A stretch of 64,000 nucleotides of DNA from Mizuhopecten yessoensis (taxonomy: Eukaryota): assembly GCF_002113885.1 (NCBI RefSeq), contig NW_018408821.1, forward strand, positions 1,077,676-1,141,675. The letters run 5' to 3'. The position numbers and the translations under genes are program-made. Below the pieces are notes generated by a model, which was not told where the DNA came from, searched no databases, and saw only the letters and a program-made list of their open reading frames with translations. This document shows, piece by piece, positions 25,795 through 41,400 of the stretch (position 1 is the stretch's first letter; every line of letters begins with the position of its first letter).

Positions 25795-26520
25795 ATATAT
25801 CACGGTCTTCAGACGAAAAAGAATTAGAAAGTTTGTGTCTGTCTGTCCACAAACTTTGTTCCTGGCTGATACCTATGGTATTTATTGACCGATTTACATG
25901 AAACTTGGTCAAGACGTTCAGTTCACAAAAATACATACTGAGGTAAAAAGTCCAGGTCAAAGGTCAAGGTCGTTAGGTTCAAAGGTCCAGGTCAAATTTT
26001 GTACCTTTTCACTGATGAACATTTTGTTTTAACACTATGAAGCAATGTTGGTCAGAATTAAACAAGGAGTCAATTGACTAAAGGTCAAGGTCACTGTGTC
26101 AAAGGTGAATGTTAATTTTTTTATCTTTTCCCTGATGAACATTTTGTTATGACATTATGAAGCAAATTAAAGTTGGTCAGAATTTAACAAAGAGTCAACT
26201 AACTGACTTAAAGGTCAAGGTCACTGGGTCAATGTCAATGTCAAATATTGTATCTTTTCACTGATGAACATTTTTTTTATGTTATTATGAAGCAAAGTTG
26301 TTCAGAACTTAACACAGAGTCAACTGACCTAAGGTTACGGGGTCCAAAGGTTTAAGGTCAAGGTCAAGTTTATGATGAACATTTTGTGATGATATTATGA
26401 AGCAAAGTTGGTCGGAATTAAAGAATAAGTCAACTGACCAAAGATCAGGGTCACTGGGTTAAAGGTCAAAGTCGTTTGGATCTCTTACTTTGACACCGGC
26501 TTTTGATGGAGGAGATATTT
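25795..26520 (-). mobile_element. HINE-like element with ~120-bp tandem units just 3' of METTL13
   Basis: (tgtc)n near 25836; tgatgaacatttt recurs at ~26013, 26133, 26263, 26374; multiple aaaggtcaaggtca motifs. Confidence 0.7.
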
Positions 26521-27705
26521 AAGGTGAAATAAACAAATCAAATCTAACAGTATTTGCACCGGTATTTACATTTCTGTTAGCCCAGCAAAGGTGGAGGTGG
26601 AAGGAAACAAGACTCACATCATAGTACATGTAAAATGTATATTTTGCTTCCTTGCTATTCTTTTTGAAGTCCAAATGTCAAACGTCAAGCTCAGCTATAT
26701 GGGCAGATTGTTTCTTGATGATTATTGGGGATGTATTGTCACAAGATGGGGCCCTTACTGACCTCTCAGTGTTCTAGTTTACTCAAAAAAAAGTTATTAT
26801 TTTGGCACATTTGGGGTGTATATATTATTATATTTTTTTTGTTATAAAATGCCGAGGATTTATCCAAAGGAAAAGGAGAGCAAAATCGGACACCAATATG
26901 ACATCACATCAGAAACTGAGACAACATCAGACTAATGAGAAAGACATAAAAGTAATGAATTACCACAGAAAAAAAAAGAGAAAAAGAAAACCAGAGGTTC
27001 CAAAAGGGGTAAACTACTCCTGCAATGCATGTCACGTCTGTATGATGCCGAATGATAACTTTTAACCAAGAAATCCTAATGTTTAAAGTTAGCTCAAGGG
27101 TTGCCTGTTCTTAGACTTCAAACATCTTATCCCAAATGTTCAGATTTCTTCGCCTGCATCATACAGAATCTTTTATGTTCTTCTCCTACATTTTCCTATC
27201 GTAAACATCTGTTGTAAAGGAGACACCAATGCAGCCGCCATCATCACAGGCTGCTGACACGTATGACAAACCTGAGGATACCACCCAGTTTTCACTATAT
27301 AAAGTGATGAGGCGATGGTGACGCTTTTCGGAATGTTAGCGCGTGTTAACTGTCGTGCTCTAGATAGGCTAAGACATTTACCATTTCCCTGGTTCAAAGG
27401 GAATGCACCTGTGAAGTGTTGGAGACAGTTATATATCCTGTCAACTCCATCAACTTATGGTACAAGTGTAGTCAACAGCGATCTTCTATGCAGAAGTCTT
27501 CAATCAAAGAGACATTTCACAGCTGGACATAAAGACATATGATCACGACCGAAAATCTCCTCAACGTAACTTATCAACGGGTAGAAAACGTTGATCAAAT
27601 AGTTTATCGGTCAACAAAACACTTATCTAGAGATATTGACACTTAAAAACAGGCCTCGAACTGTGCTATACAAACTCGGAGAAGGGTTGTATTTTACTTC
27701 TCCGG

Positions 27706-27960
27706 AATGTAAATCATCGAGTAAAACACGTTGATTAGCTAGTTTCTCGGTCAAAAAGACGCATCTGTCTTGTAAATACTAACCCTGACAAATGTAAATC
27801 ATAGAGTAAAACACGTTGATAAGCTAGTTTCTCGGTCAAAAAGACGCATCTGTCTTGTAAATACTAACCTTGACAAATGTAAATCATAGAGTAAAACACG
27901 TTGATTAGCTAGTTTCTCGGTCAAAAAGAGGCATCTGTCTTGTAAATACTAACGCTGACA
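27706..27960. repeat. 85-bp tandem repeat, 3 near-identical copies
   Basis: aatgtaaatcat.gagtaaaacacgttgat.agctagtttctcggtcaaaaaga.gcatctgtcttgtaaatactaac..tgaca starts at 27706, 27791, 27876; a diverged copy lies upstream near 27580-27650. Confidence 0.92.
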
Positions 27961-28104
27961 ACAGACTCCCAAGCTGTGCTATGTAACAGAAAGTTAATAA
28001 CTTCTGCTTTGTAAGAAAAATAAGAAATGCTAGATTTATCCAGTTGATAAGAAATAATAGCGAAAGCTAGCGGCATTGTACCTCTAAGAAATTACAGAAA
28101 ATGA

Positions 28105-28181
28105 TAGCCCGAGTTTCCTCTGGCTCCTCTGTCTGTATCTGTCAAAATGTCTGGTGTCGGGGCCAAAGGAAACAAGGGCTA
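28105..28181. mobile_element. Palindromic MITE, internally deleted copy of the 55286-55403 family
   Basis: tagcccgagtttcctctggc ... tatctgtcaaaatgtc ... gccaaaggaaacaagggcta. Confidence 0.75.
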
Positions 28182-30018
28182 ATGAATTGATGGTAGTACA
28201 TAACACCTCAGTCACCCTAATGTTATGCATTTGGTTTCAAAATTAATCTGAAAATGCAAGCTCAAACCCCCTGTTTTCAACATACAACAAATAATTTTAG
28301 CTTGTTATTATATCCGTTTATTGAAATTATATATTTTGAAGCAGAAGGGTGTCACTACAACACAGCCAAACAGAAGGTACATAAGCGTGATATTGTTTGC
28401 AAATTATTTCAAAAATAAGCCACTGTGTAACTACCTTGACCTAGTGAATTAGGCTAAAAAATAAAAACACAAAAACAATCATGAATACACTAGTCACTAC
28501 GTTTAAAACAGACACGTTATTCTACATCAAAGCATATTCACGTGAACGAATTCCACGACATCTTGCAATGTCGAGTGACAGTTGACTAGATGGAACATTC
28601 CTGAAATTTTAAAATTGAAATGCGATATTTAATGGGACGTACTGTTCTATTTGTAAGATTGTTTCAATTTTAGGTTTTTACCATCTGTAAATATATAGGG
28701 GACAGAACAACTCATTATGTTATGCATCTTTGGAATGGAACTCCTTGAACTAAAAAGAATATATGACAGGCGGTTAAAAGGCCCAATACTACATAATGTA
28801 CTTCTAAAACTATGCCCTATCTGCGTAACAGTAATATATTTCGTTCATTGACTTCTCATCAGCTATATTAAACTGTCCTTTACCAGCGGGAGCTTATCGT
28901 TCTATCTACATATGCCATGCTATTAGAGAAAGGGAGTCTGTCAGTCTCATTGGTGGTTCGTCATATCAGTGGTTTTGCCACATACGTACATTTATGCAAC
29001 CACTCTTCACCCATAAATAAATATATGTATGATATATTTCTACACATGTACATTGTTTTCATAACGATCAGAATATCGCAAAAAGTTCAAGTTATTTCAC
29101 AGAAGGTCGGCTCTTACGGAAACCTTTGTTTTCTATTTCATACTTAAATTAACATGTGAATTGCGAATTATTTCATTATTATTTGTGGTACTACATGATT
29201 TTCGCCTTGATTTACAATGCATTTAAACCTCTCAAGTCAATAAATACACACACACACACTCTCAGTTTACATCAGTTACATTTTATACATACAAAATGTA
29301 CATGTTGGTTAATCATGTGATATTAACGTATCTGCATTATTCTACCAATAGTTATATATTAATATGCCATCATTAATACAGCGAAGACAATACACAGGAC
29401 ATGATTCATTCAAATAAGGTTTACAGTTGCTGAAACAATATGAATCTAAAAAAACCGATCGATTTCGATTTTATCTTTCTGAAAGGTTAGTAACAATTCC
29501 ATACTCTCAATAAATCCTGTTGTTCCTTTTCTATAAAATACGTGTTTTATCTTATTTACTGATATTTTGATATGATAAACTTATAGCATTATTACCAAGC
29601 AATGTTTATCATTATAAAATATAATCGGTGTGTCCAGAGAGTATCCGTTTTCAAATTGGCAACTCGACGTTTAGTTAAAGAAGAAGTATATACCTTAATT
29701 GGTCCATACACGTGGTACATCTATATATACCGCGGGCTAGTTTTATTGTGATAAGCTTGGAGCTTATACAACTGTTTAATTCTAGGTGAAACATACATAC
29801 TGGTATTTAATTGGCACAAAGTTCAACATTCATACAAAAAGTGTTTTTGTTAATTTGCCTAGAGGAGGCGCCCTAATCAGTGATGAACATTTTTAAGAAT
29901 ATGGATGTGGGTAAGAGCTGGTCAGAGGTATGATGAACAAGATCGCTATTTAAGTAGTATAAAAATAGTATTTTAACTTTAACTGAAAGACAAGGGGTTT
30001 GTCATATACGTAAGTAAA

Positions 30019-30200
30019 TACTGTGTACCGGGAATATTTGCGCCGCTGTTTAATTGTCACCTTTATCGTCCTTCGCAGTAGGTTAGTACCAATCATACCA
30101 TATATGGTATTTTAATGTGTAGGGCGAAATTATACCGGGTAAAAATGGATTTTACCGGTGCATGGTGAATATCTGACTTGGCGAACGTTTCCTGGTATAT
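30019..30200. mobile_element. Degenerate Tc1/pogo-type MITE
   Basis: tactgtgtaccgggaatattt ... aacgtttcctggtatata imperfect inverted ends, internal ggcgaa repeats. Confidence 0.4.
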
Positions 30201-32435
30201 AAGACAAAGGTTAAGATGATGAAGGAATGTTTTACACTATTGAGGCTAATTGTGAATAAAACAACCGGGTATAAATATAAACCGTGAACGTTCTGTACAA
30301 AACATCAGTGAAGTATACATCTTTCTATACGCTCATATACACACACTATTGATATCTACACGAATACCGTGATCATTATATCTCAAAACTGAAAATCCTA
30401 ATTACTTTCTATTTAACTATTTGTAAACATATACAGGTAACAAAACGTCAACGCTGGATCTGTAAGTAATATGAGGTTAGTTTGAGGTTGTAACAGCCAC
30501 AGGGGCTGTCTGAAGCATCATTTTGACGGAAGACTGACGAACAGCAATATAAGTGGTTTAAACATGTAGAGACGCACGTAGCACTGGGTGTTATATAAAT
30601 AGGTAAATAGTATAGAATGATTGATGTTTTTCATGTTATCTAACTCGAAACGTCTTAAAAATACTTGGCAAACATAACTAAATTAATGAAATTGAAGGAT
30701 TTAAATTATTAATGGTAAAACAAACTGAATGCTTTCTCATAACTTTTTGACGATCTCAACACGTGATACAATTCATTCAGGTAACACTTGCCACTTCATT
30801 TTGTATATAAAGATAAATCCCTGGCTATTCTTTGTTTGGAATCTCCTTCTTCAGAACTAGCTGTGACACATCATTGTTACAGCCATGTGATCTGATCGAC
30901 CATTTGGTTTGCCTTTTAAGTACATTGTATTAACAAACGTTTCTTTTTATTTGCGTGGTCTTGAAAATACATTAGTTAATAATGCATTTAAGTAGACGAA
31001 CATTTATTTTACAATTTGTTTCTTAGGAATACAAATCAAAACGAAAATTACAATATTATCTTTATTGTTTTTTTAAAGAGTAAATACAACTTAAATCACC
31101 TACACTCGATATGAAGATATTGGCAATTAGCTTATTGTACTGTTAATAACATCAGCGGTCGTAACTTGATGTTAGCTGAATTGTGTATACTCTTGTTTCA
31201 ATTCATAACTAGAAGGCATATGCGTAGCATATATTCTACAATGCTTATCTCGGGAAAAACGTGCAAGTAAATTGGTTTTATGATGTCAGAAAAGTTAGGA
31301 ATATGCATTATGATGAAAATACTTACTTCCATAACAGTATTTTTATCATTTTTATCTGGTTTCTGTTGCTTCATAATTCAGATCAAGCAAAATAACTTTT
31401 TTCGGGAATAATGTAGCGTTTTCCAATATCATTACGTTCTGCTCTGGCCATTTCCGTCAGACGATGTACTTTGATGGGAAACCGTACGAAAATCCCCGTC
31501 AACGTTTAAATTTGACGTCATGGCATGCTTAGCCTCCAATTGTATGACGGAAAGACGCCAGAACAATCTGTAATTGTAAACATTTACATATATATATAGG
31601 TTTTGTTGTTTTGATTCACAACATGTTGTGTTGGTGGGTTAGTTTGGAAGCTGTGCAAAGGGAATGTAGAACGCTGGTGTGACATTCAGCTGTACATGAC
31701 TACAGCGATGTAATATATCATGCCGCACTCCAGAAATATGCCAGGCTATTATGCTAACATCCCGTGTAATATACGGTATTGATAATGAATTTAATAATAC
31801 TTTATACCTATCAATCTATATTTTATATACACCATTATGATAGTATTATCGACTTGTACATTAACTTAATTACTTATGTATTATCGACTTGTACATTAAC
31901 TTAATTACTTTGGTATATATTACTGTAAACATTTATTTATATATATATATCACATTTCATCATCATGCTTCCATTTTCTTCTTAATTATGCCACATATTT
32001 TTCTCCGTGTATTCTTCACATCACAGTTCGCTTGTGTCTAGACTTGGTGCGGACGTTATATCCATATCTGTATAGATGCCCATAAAGGAGCTTGCTTTGT
32101 TTCTTCTCTTTGTACTCGGGAGTTGTTTAATCGTTGATCGACACAAAAAAACTTTCTTTTCATTCATCACACTTAATCCAATATATACAGTTTTTCAATG
32201 AATTGTCTTATGTTGAAACTAATTACGCGTTGCTGGTTCTTGTGGAAGAATTCAAGTATTAGAATGGTTTTACCATTTCACCACTTTCTCCTGTATTATC
32301 TTGTAAACACGTACACTACGTTTCGGATTAATCTGAGCTCATCGGTCTGATTGTGTCATAACGATTTGAAATTTTTCACATTATCAGAAACAGTTTTTGA
32401 GCAACTCATATTTAGTACTTCTGTCATCCGCCATC

Positions 32436-35400
32436 TCACCACTCCATTGACTCTTTCTGAAATGTTAGTTTAGGACTGTTTTCCGTGTAAAATTGTGCGT
32501 ACCACCGTCTATGTTTGGCAATTAAACTATCCTCTTTGGATTTAACGAACATTGGCTTGCTAACAAACGTCTTATTGTTCCATATCATCACGTCCCGTTC
32601 AACCTGAAAAAATAAGATGGTAAATATATTATATAAGACGAAAAAGGCACGAAGTGATAAACAATATGTCTTCTAGATGTACATTATACTAACGAACGTA
32701 TCGTTTTATATTGTGACGACTCTGATACTGTCAATCCTTTCATTTTTGCGAATACCTATTTTCACTTCTAAAATATCTGGGGTTTTGTTTTTGTTTTTGT
32801 TTGTTTATCGTCCTATAAACAGCTAAGGTCATTTAAGGACATGTCTCCATGTGTATTATGAATGCTTGCTTTCGTGTATGCGAGATTGAGACAGGGTATG
32901 CTGGCGTTATTGCCTCTTTGTGATAGCGTGGATCTGATGCCGACTTTATAGTGCTATCTCACTGAAATACCACGCCGAAGGCACACAGCACAGCATTCCG
33001 CCCGGTCACATTATACTGACAGCGGGTGCACCAGTCATTGTCAATTCCTACTCTATCACCATATTAAAATCTGTTTGCTATATAGACGACACTGACGATG
33101 AATTCTATAACAGTTCCGCAAATGTTGTTTGTCGTGAAGTTTACGTCTGAAAATGCAATCTTGATGATCTTTGTACGGAAAACCTAGATATTTCATAAAG
33201 TAACGCAATTTTACAACAGGATCACAATATAATATTGTACAAATATACATGTATAAGCTGAGTACAGTATTCGTGCTCAAACTCAAATTCTTTGTTGAAC
33301 AGCATTTCCTACTTTAAGTGAAATACTTTATTTAAAAAATGTTTTCCATTTTAATGAAGCGTAGAAATCGAGTTTCAGAACAATGTGTGCTGCTAACGTT
33401 TTTGACCTCGCTGCAAAATATAATCTAGTAGCGGTTTTATGAACACAAGATGTATATCATAACTGCCTGGGTGATGTTTACATATGCCCACGGAAACCAA
33501 TAAATAAATAAACAACCAAGAATATAACCATATTGTTACCGCGTTAATGGTACACGATTTCATGTCAATTATTCTGCCTTACCTGGAGTGCCTCTCCAAG
33601 CATGAAGAATTTGGCAATTATCGTCGGTACTTTTCTGTCCATATAGATATTGTGAACTAATTTCTGCACCATTGGTTCGACAGGAGTGAGCGACTGTACA
33701 AATACACCGCTCCCAATTGGCGAATCAAACTCTAAATAAACAATCGCTGGACCAATCTGAAATTAATAATGTTAGACTTGAAAAGAAGAAGATCATCATT
33801 ACGTAGAACAAAAATACATGTACATAGAACTATGTTTTAATAGGAGCGCATTATTGGAATTAAGGGAAAATCTGAAGTTACGTATCTGGTGATGCAGATC
33901 TTATGGGCGTCTTGACTTTGATCGCGTTATAAATTATTTTAAAACTAGCGACATTGTATTAAACGCTTTGCTCACAATTTCATGTGCGAGTAAAAATGAA
34001 TTCGTAATGGGAATCATGCAGAGTAATGAGTATATTCATAACCTTTGTAATATAAAACACAGTTTTTATATTAACATGTTGTTTACATGCATCAATATAT
34101 ATATTGAGTTCATGCAGGGTTGATGTTTGAACGAAATGTATCGCTGACATTCAATAAAAGAGCTGTGAATGCATCGAGCTGGCTTGAGCCGTGCGAGCAA
34201 TGTATTTACCTACCTGTTGTGCCCGAACGTCCATATCGATGAGCGGCAAGTGTTTACCGAACAGGTTTAGACTGTGTGTGAGTTTAAGAGTTCCAATATG
34301 TTTTTCTGGAGCGGGATTCTGTTCCCATGCCGCGGTCCATTTGTGATGTCCAAATGACCAAAATGTGTTCCACATTTCTTTCAGATCTACCCCAGCCGAG
34401 ATCATAGGACCATGTACCTGAGGTAGGTGTGATACGTCAGCACCATTCTCGGGAATTTCCTGGAAAAAAATAGAGACGATAAGTTCATGAGGTGTTAGCG
34501 AACACATGTGAAGTAAACACATGTACATTTTTCGAAACGTACTCACCACAACAGCACAACAAATCATGACGCGGTTGTAATTAAATTTCCAGATGAAACA
34601 TTCCAATAATCATAATTCAATTCGACCATGAAGAAAAAGGAAACCACAATTAAACGCTCTCCAGAAAACCAAGCCTCATGCCCTCATACATGTGCCCTCA
34701 GTCCACCTGTCGTAACCGTCATTGTACGTACCTCTATGTGGGCATTTATGTGGTGCTCCGTTCGCCCTCGGTACGTCCACCTGCCATTGTTGATGTTGTC
34801 CAGATTTGGGATCTCCCACTCGGGCACATCTTTGTGCTCCTTTTCCGCGTGGTGCCATAGATAGATCCAACCGTTTGTTTCCTTGGAAACGTACGCCTTC
34901 ACTTTGGTAAAATCTGGCACTGCAACAATGTATGGTAACACATTTATTCTAAACATGTAACTCACTGTTGTTGTTTGCACTTGTATGTTTGTAATACAGC
35001 ATTGTAACATCTACTTAATGCAGGAAAAATAAAAAATAAAATGACATTTTTGCACACATAATCGGAAAAGCATTTTGAAAGCATAGCGCTGAAATAGAAT
35101 TAAATATCATATTTCACCACATTAATAGAAAGTGTTTATATGGGTAAATTACCAACGTCTACAGGCCTTACTTTACATCTCCATAATTCTAACATGTGCC
35201 TAGACTGGATTCCAGCCCCTAAGTTTTTATGAAAAAATTCTCAACTGCATTTTACTACTAGCTCGAAATAATGTCAGGTGGGAGTTTATTCCACTCGGGT
35301 ATAGTTCGAAGAATGATGCCCTTCTGGTCTGGGTTTTTGAGTGGGGAATTTGATACGAAAACTGGTGGTTTGTTCGGGATTTTCTAACTGTAGGGATTAA

Positions 35401-38400
35401 TCTGTCTGATTTTACGACAGCGACTTTCTGGTTTACAATATTATGAAGCATGGTCAGACGAGCATACACGTGTAGGTGCATTCAAATGTGTTACGCTCAT
35501 TTTTGACACGTTTTCGTATCCAAATGTACCAAAATTAACTTTATAGCAGTAATTTACTGTAATATATTACAGTATATATTTTGAAATATCAGTTTTGGGT
35601 TTATGATATGAAATAGATATTGTCATTTTGTCTTCTAAAGAAGAAGAATAAACAGGTATATATAATAAATCCATATTCATAGTCAAGATGTCTTCTAAAT
35701 TAGTTAATTCACTGAAAATTCATGTCTGATGAAGCAAAAATATTGAATGATATTTGCTTATCGAAAGTTGTGTTTGATATATAGATAACGAGTTATGGTT
35801 ACATATCCAATTAACAGTTAATGTTCGTTATTGCATGGTTCATTTCTCCTTGGTCGATATGTAAAGTATATGGATAGGTCGCATACGTGAAGATTTTTTA
35901 CAGGGAGTATTCTCCCTTTTTATACAGAAGATTAAGCAGTTATCTGGCTTAAAAGTCATTATCCTTGGGAAAATTGTCAGATGATTTTTTATACTTTATT
36001 TCCTTGCTTAGGTCTTAGGTTTTAATTGATGCTTGTATAAATTTCGCTTTAATTTCGACATAATAGCAAGTCGAATGAATATTTTAACAGACTGTGATTC
36101 TGTTAAATACAAGTTTTGTACCGAATCGATCCATTAAACTGACAAACATTTGATAATAGGTGCAAGTGGTAGTAAACTTCATGGTACCTTAAAGTGTTTT
36201 ATAAGAATCCTATAAAAGCGTTAAATTTTGGTGAGATGTCATTTCGATTTTGTGTGGTTTTACAGAAATTTCAACCACATGAAATATAGCATGTAAAAGT
36301 TTAAAATTTAGTCGTGAAATGTTTCCGCGCCCTCCATCTTAATCCACCACAGCAATGACAAACTTGTGATACAATTAAAGCAAAGCTAAAGGTAATACAC
36401 ACAGAGATTCATATTATATATGTCTTCCATTGATGCACCAAGGGACGCTTGTTTACAAGCCATGTTGTAAACAAGAAAGACGACAACACACGGAGTAAAC
36501 GTATTACAAACATCATCCAAATCATTTACAATCATCATAAAACTTCGTTAAAGATCTATTATGATCATTCTATGTTAAAATCCTCCTGTTGTAAACCGTC
36601 CACATCTGCAGTTTTAATGAAACCTTATGTGCTCTGCATGTTTAATCGTTGTAAATGCTTATCCTAGTTAAAACTAAACCGATTGAACTGTTACTAATGC
36701 AAAACTCTACATGTGGCCGATATGTCTATGACGCGTTTCGTGACAGTTTGCTTAATTTTGAAGAAAAGGCTTTAATAATGGTAATCGGTTCTCTGTTTTT
36801 GTGTGATAAAATAGGATGGTTTGCATATAAAACAAGAAGCTAACAGTAATTGATTCATTCTGTGTAACTTGTTACTGTATTTTAATATGCAGCTTTGATT
36901 TATAATACTGAATAAAAAGATTTGTCAGCTTTACAAGCGGATCAAACGGCGAGTTGTAAATGGGTTGTATACCTAGCAGAAAGCCATCCAACAGATACTC
37001 AAGAACACCAGTCAAGAGACGTGCTTATACGTCTAGCTAAAAGATTAGACGCTCATGCCACCCAGTGGGAAGGGAAGTGTAGTAACGGAGAAGGAAGCGG
37101 GACTTATCTTCCGGTGCACCTGATACCAAGTATTACGGTCAGACTATTGATAATCTAGGGATGTCTATGAGATCATTCAGATAAATCTGTATCAGTATAT
37201 CTACATAACATGTAGTCAAACGAAGGCGTCCATTTATCAATTAAAGGAGATCATGTATTTTTAATGATCCTTTCCGTCCATGCATGAATCACATGGGCAA
37301 TATTTGGCTTCATACTGTAACTGTTTTCACAGTAGTTTACCCGATACCTCATCGTTAAATGTTTAGTTTGGTTACCGAAATCTGCCTTGTAGTTACCTGG
37401 ACAACATGTCACAGTCTGATTATTCAAGTATGTTAATGATATCAACTTAACCCTTTTGATGAACGATGTAAATGTAACCCTAGTGACTGAAACCAGCCAA
37501 ACTGTTACGTTTTTATTAATATTATAAAGCCATTATACATTTGATAAACCAATAGATATACATGCTAGTGTAATCGTAGGTATGATATATATCAACACTT
37601 AGCTCTCCGGAAAGAAACGGAAATAGTGTATTTAGGAGTCGATGATACATGATACAGTATTTATTGCCTTGCTTAGTGTAGCTTGAGCGTTATACTATTT
37701 AGTGACTACATTAATCTTAACAAATTTTAATTCACAAAATCCGGGCAAATATTTTAAAGGGACAAGTACATGAACAATAAATGAGCATGAATTGTAAAAT
37801 TAAATATAAGTAAACTGTGTTGTAATATCATTACGTGCACACTAGATATTACAGTATAGAGGTATTTTAGCATAGTCTAACCTGCTCCAAGAACGTGAAG
37901 CTGATGGCAATAACAAGGAATTCGAAAATCTTATATTGGGAATGGTATTGTAATTTATGTTTCAAAGAAGGGGTTGTTGATTAAAGATAATTTATGAGGA
38001 AAAAGGACCGATTCCATTCTTCATTTTTAATGGCACCGTACTTTTCCTTCCCCTCAGTGCAATACCGCTTTTATTAGTTGTTGTATCACTAGACCGGTAA
38101 TAAAGGTTCTTTCTGGTCTTAAGAGGATATTTAGACATTCTGAGAACATGTCTCTCCTTCATTACAGAGAAATAACCGAAACTTTGCACATGAACTAAAA
38201 ACAGTTGGTTTAAATTCACTAATCATTGATTTGCCCTAATCGCAAACGATTTTAAATCACGATCACCTATTTCAAGACAGAAGTCAAGAGGATTTTAAAA
38301 TAGACGCATGAGTGACTATCATTAATCCCCGATAGATATTGAACCCTTTCAATGTTCTACATATTTACTGATTTAGCGTGTTTGTTTAACTGTTGCGTCT

Positions 38401-41400
38401 TGGAACGGCCTTGGCGTGGAACGTTCCAAAGCATACCTTATTGTAGTGCGTGTGTTTTTCCGTGGTGAAGAGGTATTAACTGCCTAGACTCCTTGGGTGT
38501 GATATTGTACCAGACAATGTGAACTGTATATACACCCGGTTTTATCTCTGTTTTTTTCATTGTCATGATGCTGAATTATTACAAGGTTTAATTTAAGAAG
38601 TTTCAATATTTTACTGATCCTTTTATATATTGATGATGGTCTACCTCGAATAGCGAGCACTTGCTGCATATTATTTATCCTCCAGAGAGGTTTCAATTAA
38701 CGATAGCTCAATTTACTCTTGGTCAGCTTTGTATCCTGATATTAACCTTTAGTATAACAATACTGATCTCCTTACTACCAAACTATATGAAAATTCCGAT
38801 GACTTCAATTGTCTTATATTTCCCTAGTAGTGACACATCAGCTTCCCCTGCCTAATAAGTTTGCACGTCAAGACTAATCCACTACTTAAACTAAGCAGTA
38901 GGGTTGTCTTAACCGATCCATCCTATTGATCATTATCCTACTCTGTCAGGGTTTTCAACCTGACATACCTGCCAAGTGACCCAATTTTGTCGGGTTACAC
39001 CCGGGATTTTAGCCCTTCATCCGCTTTTATAACTTCACCCGCCGGGTTACGATTTTGACCCGGGTTTCGTCAATTTAACCCGTTTTCACCCGGAATCTTT
39101 TCGTATATTAGAAGTAACTGAAGGCACTCGGAATTCTCTAGACTCTTCCATCCTTCTTCACAAGAAAGATTATCTATTTCCTGTTTCCGTTTCTCACCAA
39201 CAGGTAAGTTGTGAGTTGTTTATATACGTACTAGAACTGTTTTTACAAATGTTTATATAAAGACTGTTGTTACTGAATTGCCTACAAGTAATTAGTCAGG
39301 TGTTTTAACGAATAATTGAGTTGTTTTTACAATTGTATTTTCGTAGAATAGATCGTATTTTGAAGGTAACGTTATGTCTTCTTGAAGGAAGAAGTCATTA
39401 TCGGGACTTGCAGGTTCTTCTTCACGAAATGCTAAAAGAAAAGATAATTGTGCACATATCAAATGTCGTAGGAAAATGAGTTATAGTGTATAAAGTCCCG
39501 CGATCATGGACGAAACGCTGCATTCTGCACTCTAGTCAAAAACGTGCACAGACATTTGATGATTTGTTTCTGTCAATCAAAATGATCCTAACAATAAGAG
39601 TTCAAACCCTACTCGTATAAAACTGATATTTTATATGAGAAGGGTACAACTTCTTATTGTCAGGACCATTTTCAATGACAGAAACAAAATGGTATTTTAT
39701 ATGAGCAGAATGTGACATCTTATTGTCAGGACCATTTCAATTGACATAAAAAAATGTCTGTGAAAACACAGTATCATATATATTATCATGAGTTAATTTT
39801 ATAAGTTGTTGTTGACAAATCTTTTTATTTTTCAGCTTTGAATTTGGTATTGTGGATGAGAATAATCTAGCTCTGCTGGAAGAACAGTTCAATGAATGAA
39901 GTATGTAACTTTTACATCATTAAAATATTTAAGTTATAATTTAATATCTATTTTTCTTATATTTCTTGCGAAAAAAAGCCGTCGCGCGCTATGACCCTCT
40001 TTTTTATTTTAAAAAGAGGGTCATCACCCTCTTTTAGTATATCTGGGGTTGGTAGGTATGACCTGAGATACTTCAATCAACGTTGACGTAATGTGTCAGT
40101 CACCATGGTGACATCATTTCTTTATATGAAAAATCAGTCTCCACCATGATGGCATACGTCACGAAATTGTCTACAACAAGTTCCCATTCTTATCGGAAAT
40201 GATAACAGATATGTAACGTATACTAAGTCCTTGAATCTTTATTGTGTGGTTGATATCAGATTATTGGCGACACATTGTGGGATCCGTATGTTGTTTTCCT
40301 TTAAGTTTTTCTGTGTCTTCTTGTTTACGTTCCCTTATAAATACACGGACCACAGAAAATCATTCCACATGTTATTTCGTTTTAAAGCTTCATCGTTATT
40401 TCCTCTTTTCCATAAAACAGTTTTACGACAAAGATAATGAAACCTATCCCACTTCTGATCTCGTCTGTTGCCAATCGACTCGCGTTTGACCAATCATTGG
40501 TTTACTGATGTTAAGGCCTCTTGACACCTGATCCCGTGCCCGGGGTTATTTTGTTGTACGTATACTACATACGATTAACAAGCCCAAGGCGCTGGTGATG
40601 TAGACATGACATATAAAGGGATCAATAATAACTCTCTCCATAGCGCTGACTTCATCCTCTGTTGCCACAAGTGTGCCTAACTAATAAGGTACTCGATGGA
40701 TCGTGTAACACTGTTACGAAAACTGTTTTCGTTATTTAGATTTCTGACCTTTTTTCAAAATTATTAAAATATCAAACATCAAAACCTGTTTTGAATAAAA
40801 AATAAAACGAATTTTTCTTATTGCAGTTCATGTTTATAGTATAACCTTACTTCTCGACCTAACGACAAGTTCGTGCCCGCATAGACTGACCAGTTCATGA
40901 CCACACTGACGTCAATTGGTACATATAAACGGTTTAAGTCGTTGACCAATTCATATATTCTATTTATATAATAGAAATACGTCACAGGGTTTATAGAAAA
41001 ATCTTTTAATTCGGATAAGAATAGCATTTGTTACATTTCCATTGAAAGATATTTTGCGAAAGTGTGATTTGTTCAATGGATGGTCGTATTGAAATAGTTA
41101 AAGGACACTGGGCATGAGACATGTATTATTGTATCAAGTATAACTGTACCTAATACTTAAAAGTACTATTGTCTGAATTAATATTATAGCGTATAGAAAA
41201 GACTTGTTTTAAATTAAGTTAATCCTATCCTCGAACAACGTGTCATGTTGTGATTTTATTTTGTAGTTAAGGAGGTCCCGAATCAGTAATTTGATGAGAC
41301 AAACTCCTTGACATTTTTTATGACAATCCATTAAACAATACGACCTGGGATTTCTCCCATTGAATATTACGACTTAAATCTTTTATGACATTTTCCAGAC

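Noticed and set aside
26802-27542. Protein-coding gene between METTL13 and neverland
   Set aside because: Short unrelated ORFs with no consistent splice chain; at most a heavily decayed retroelement fragment, too weak to annotate.
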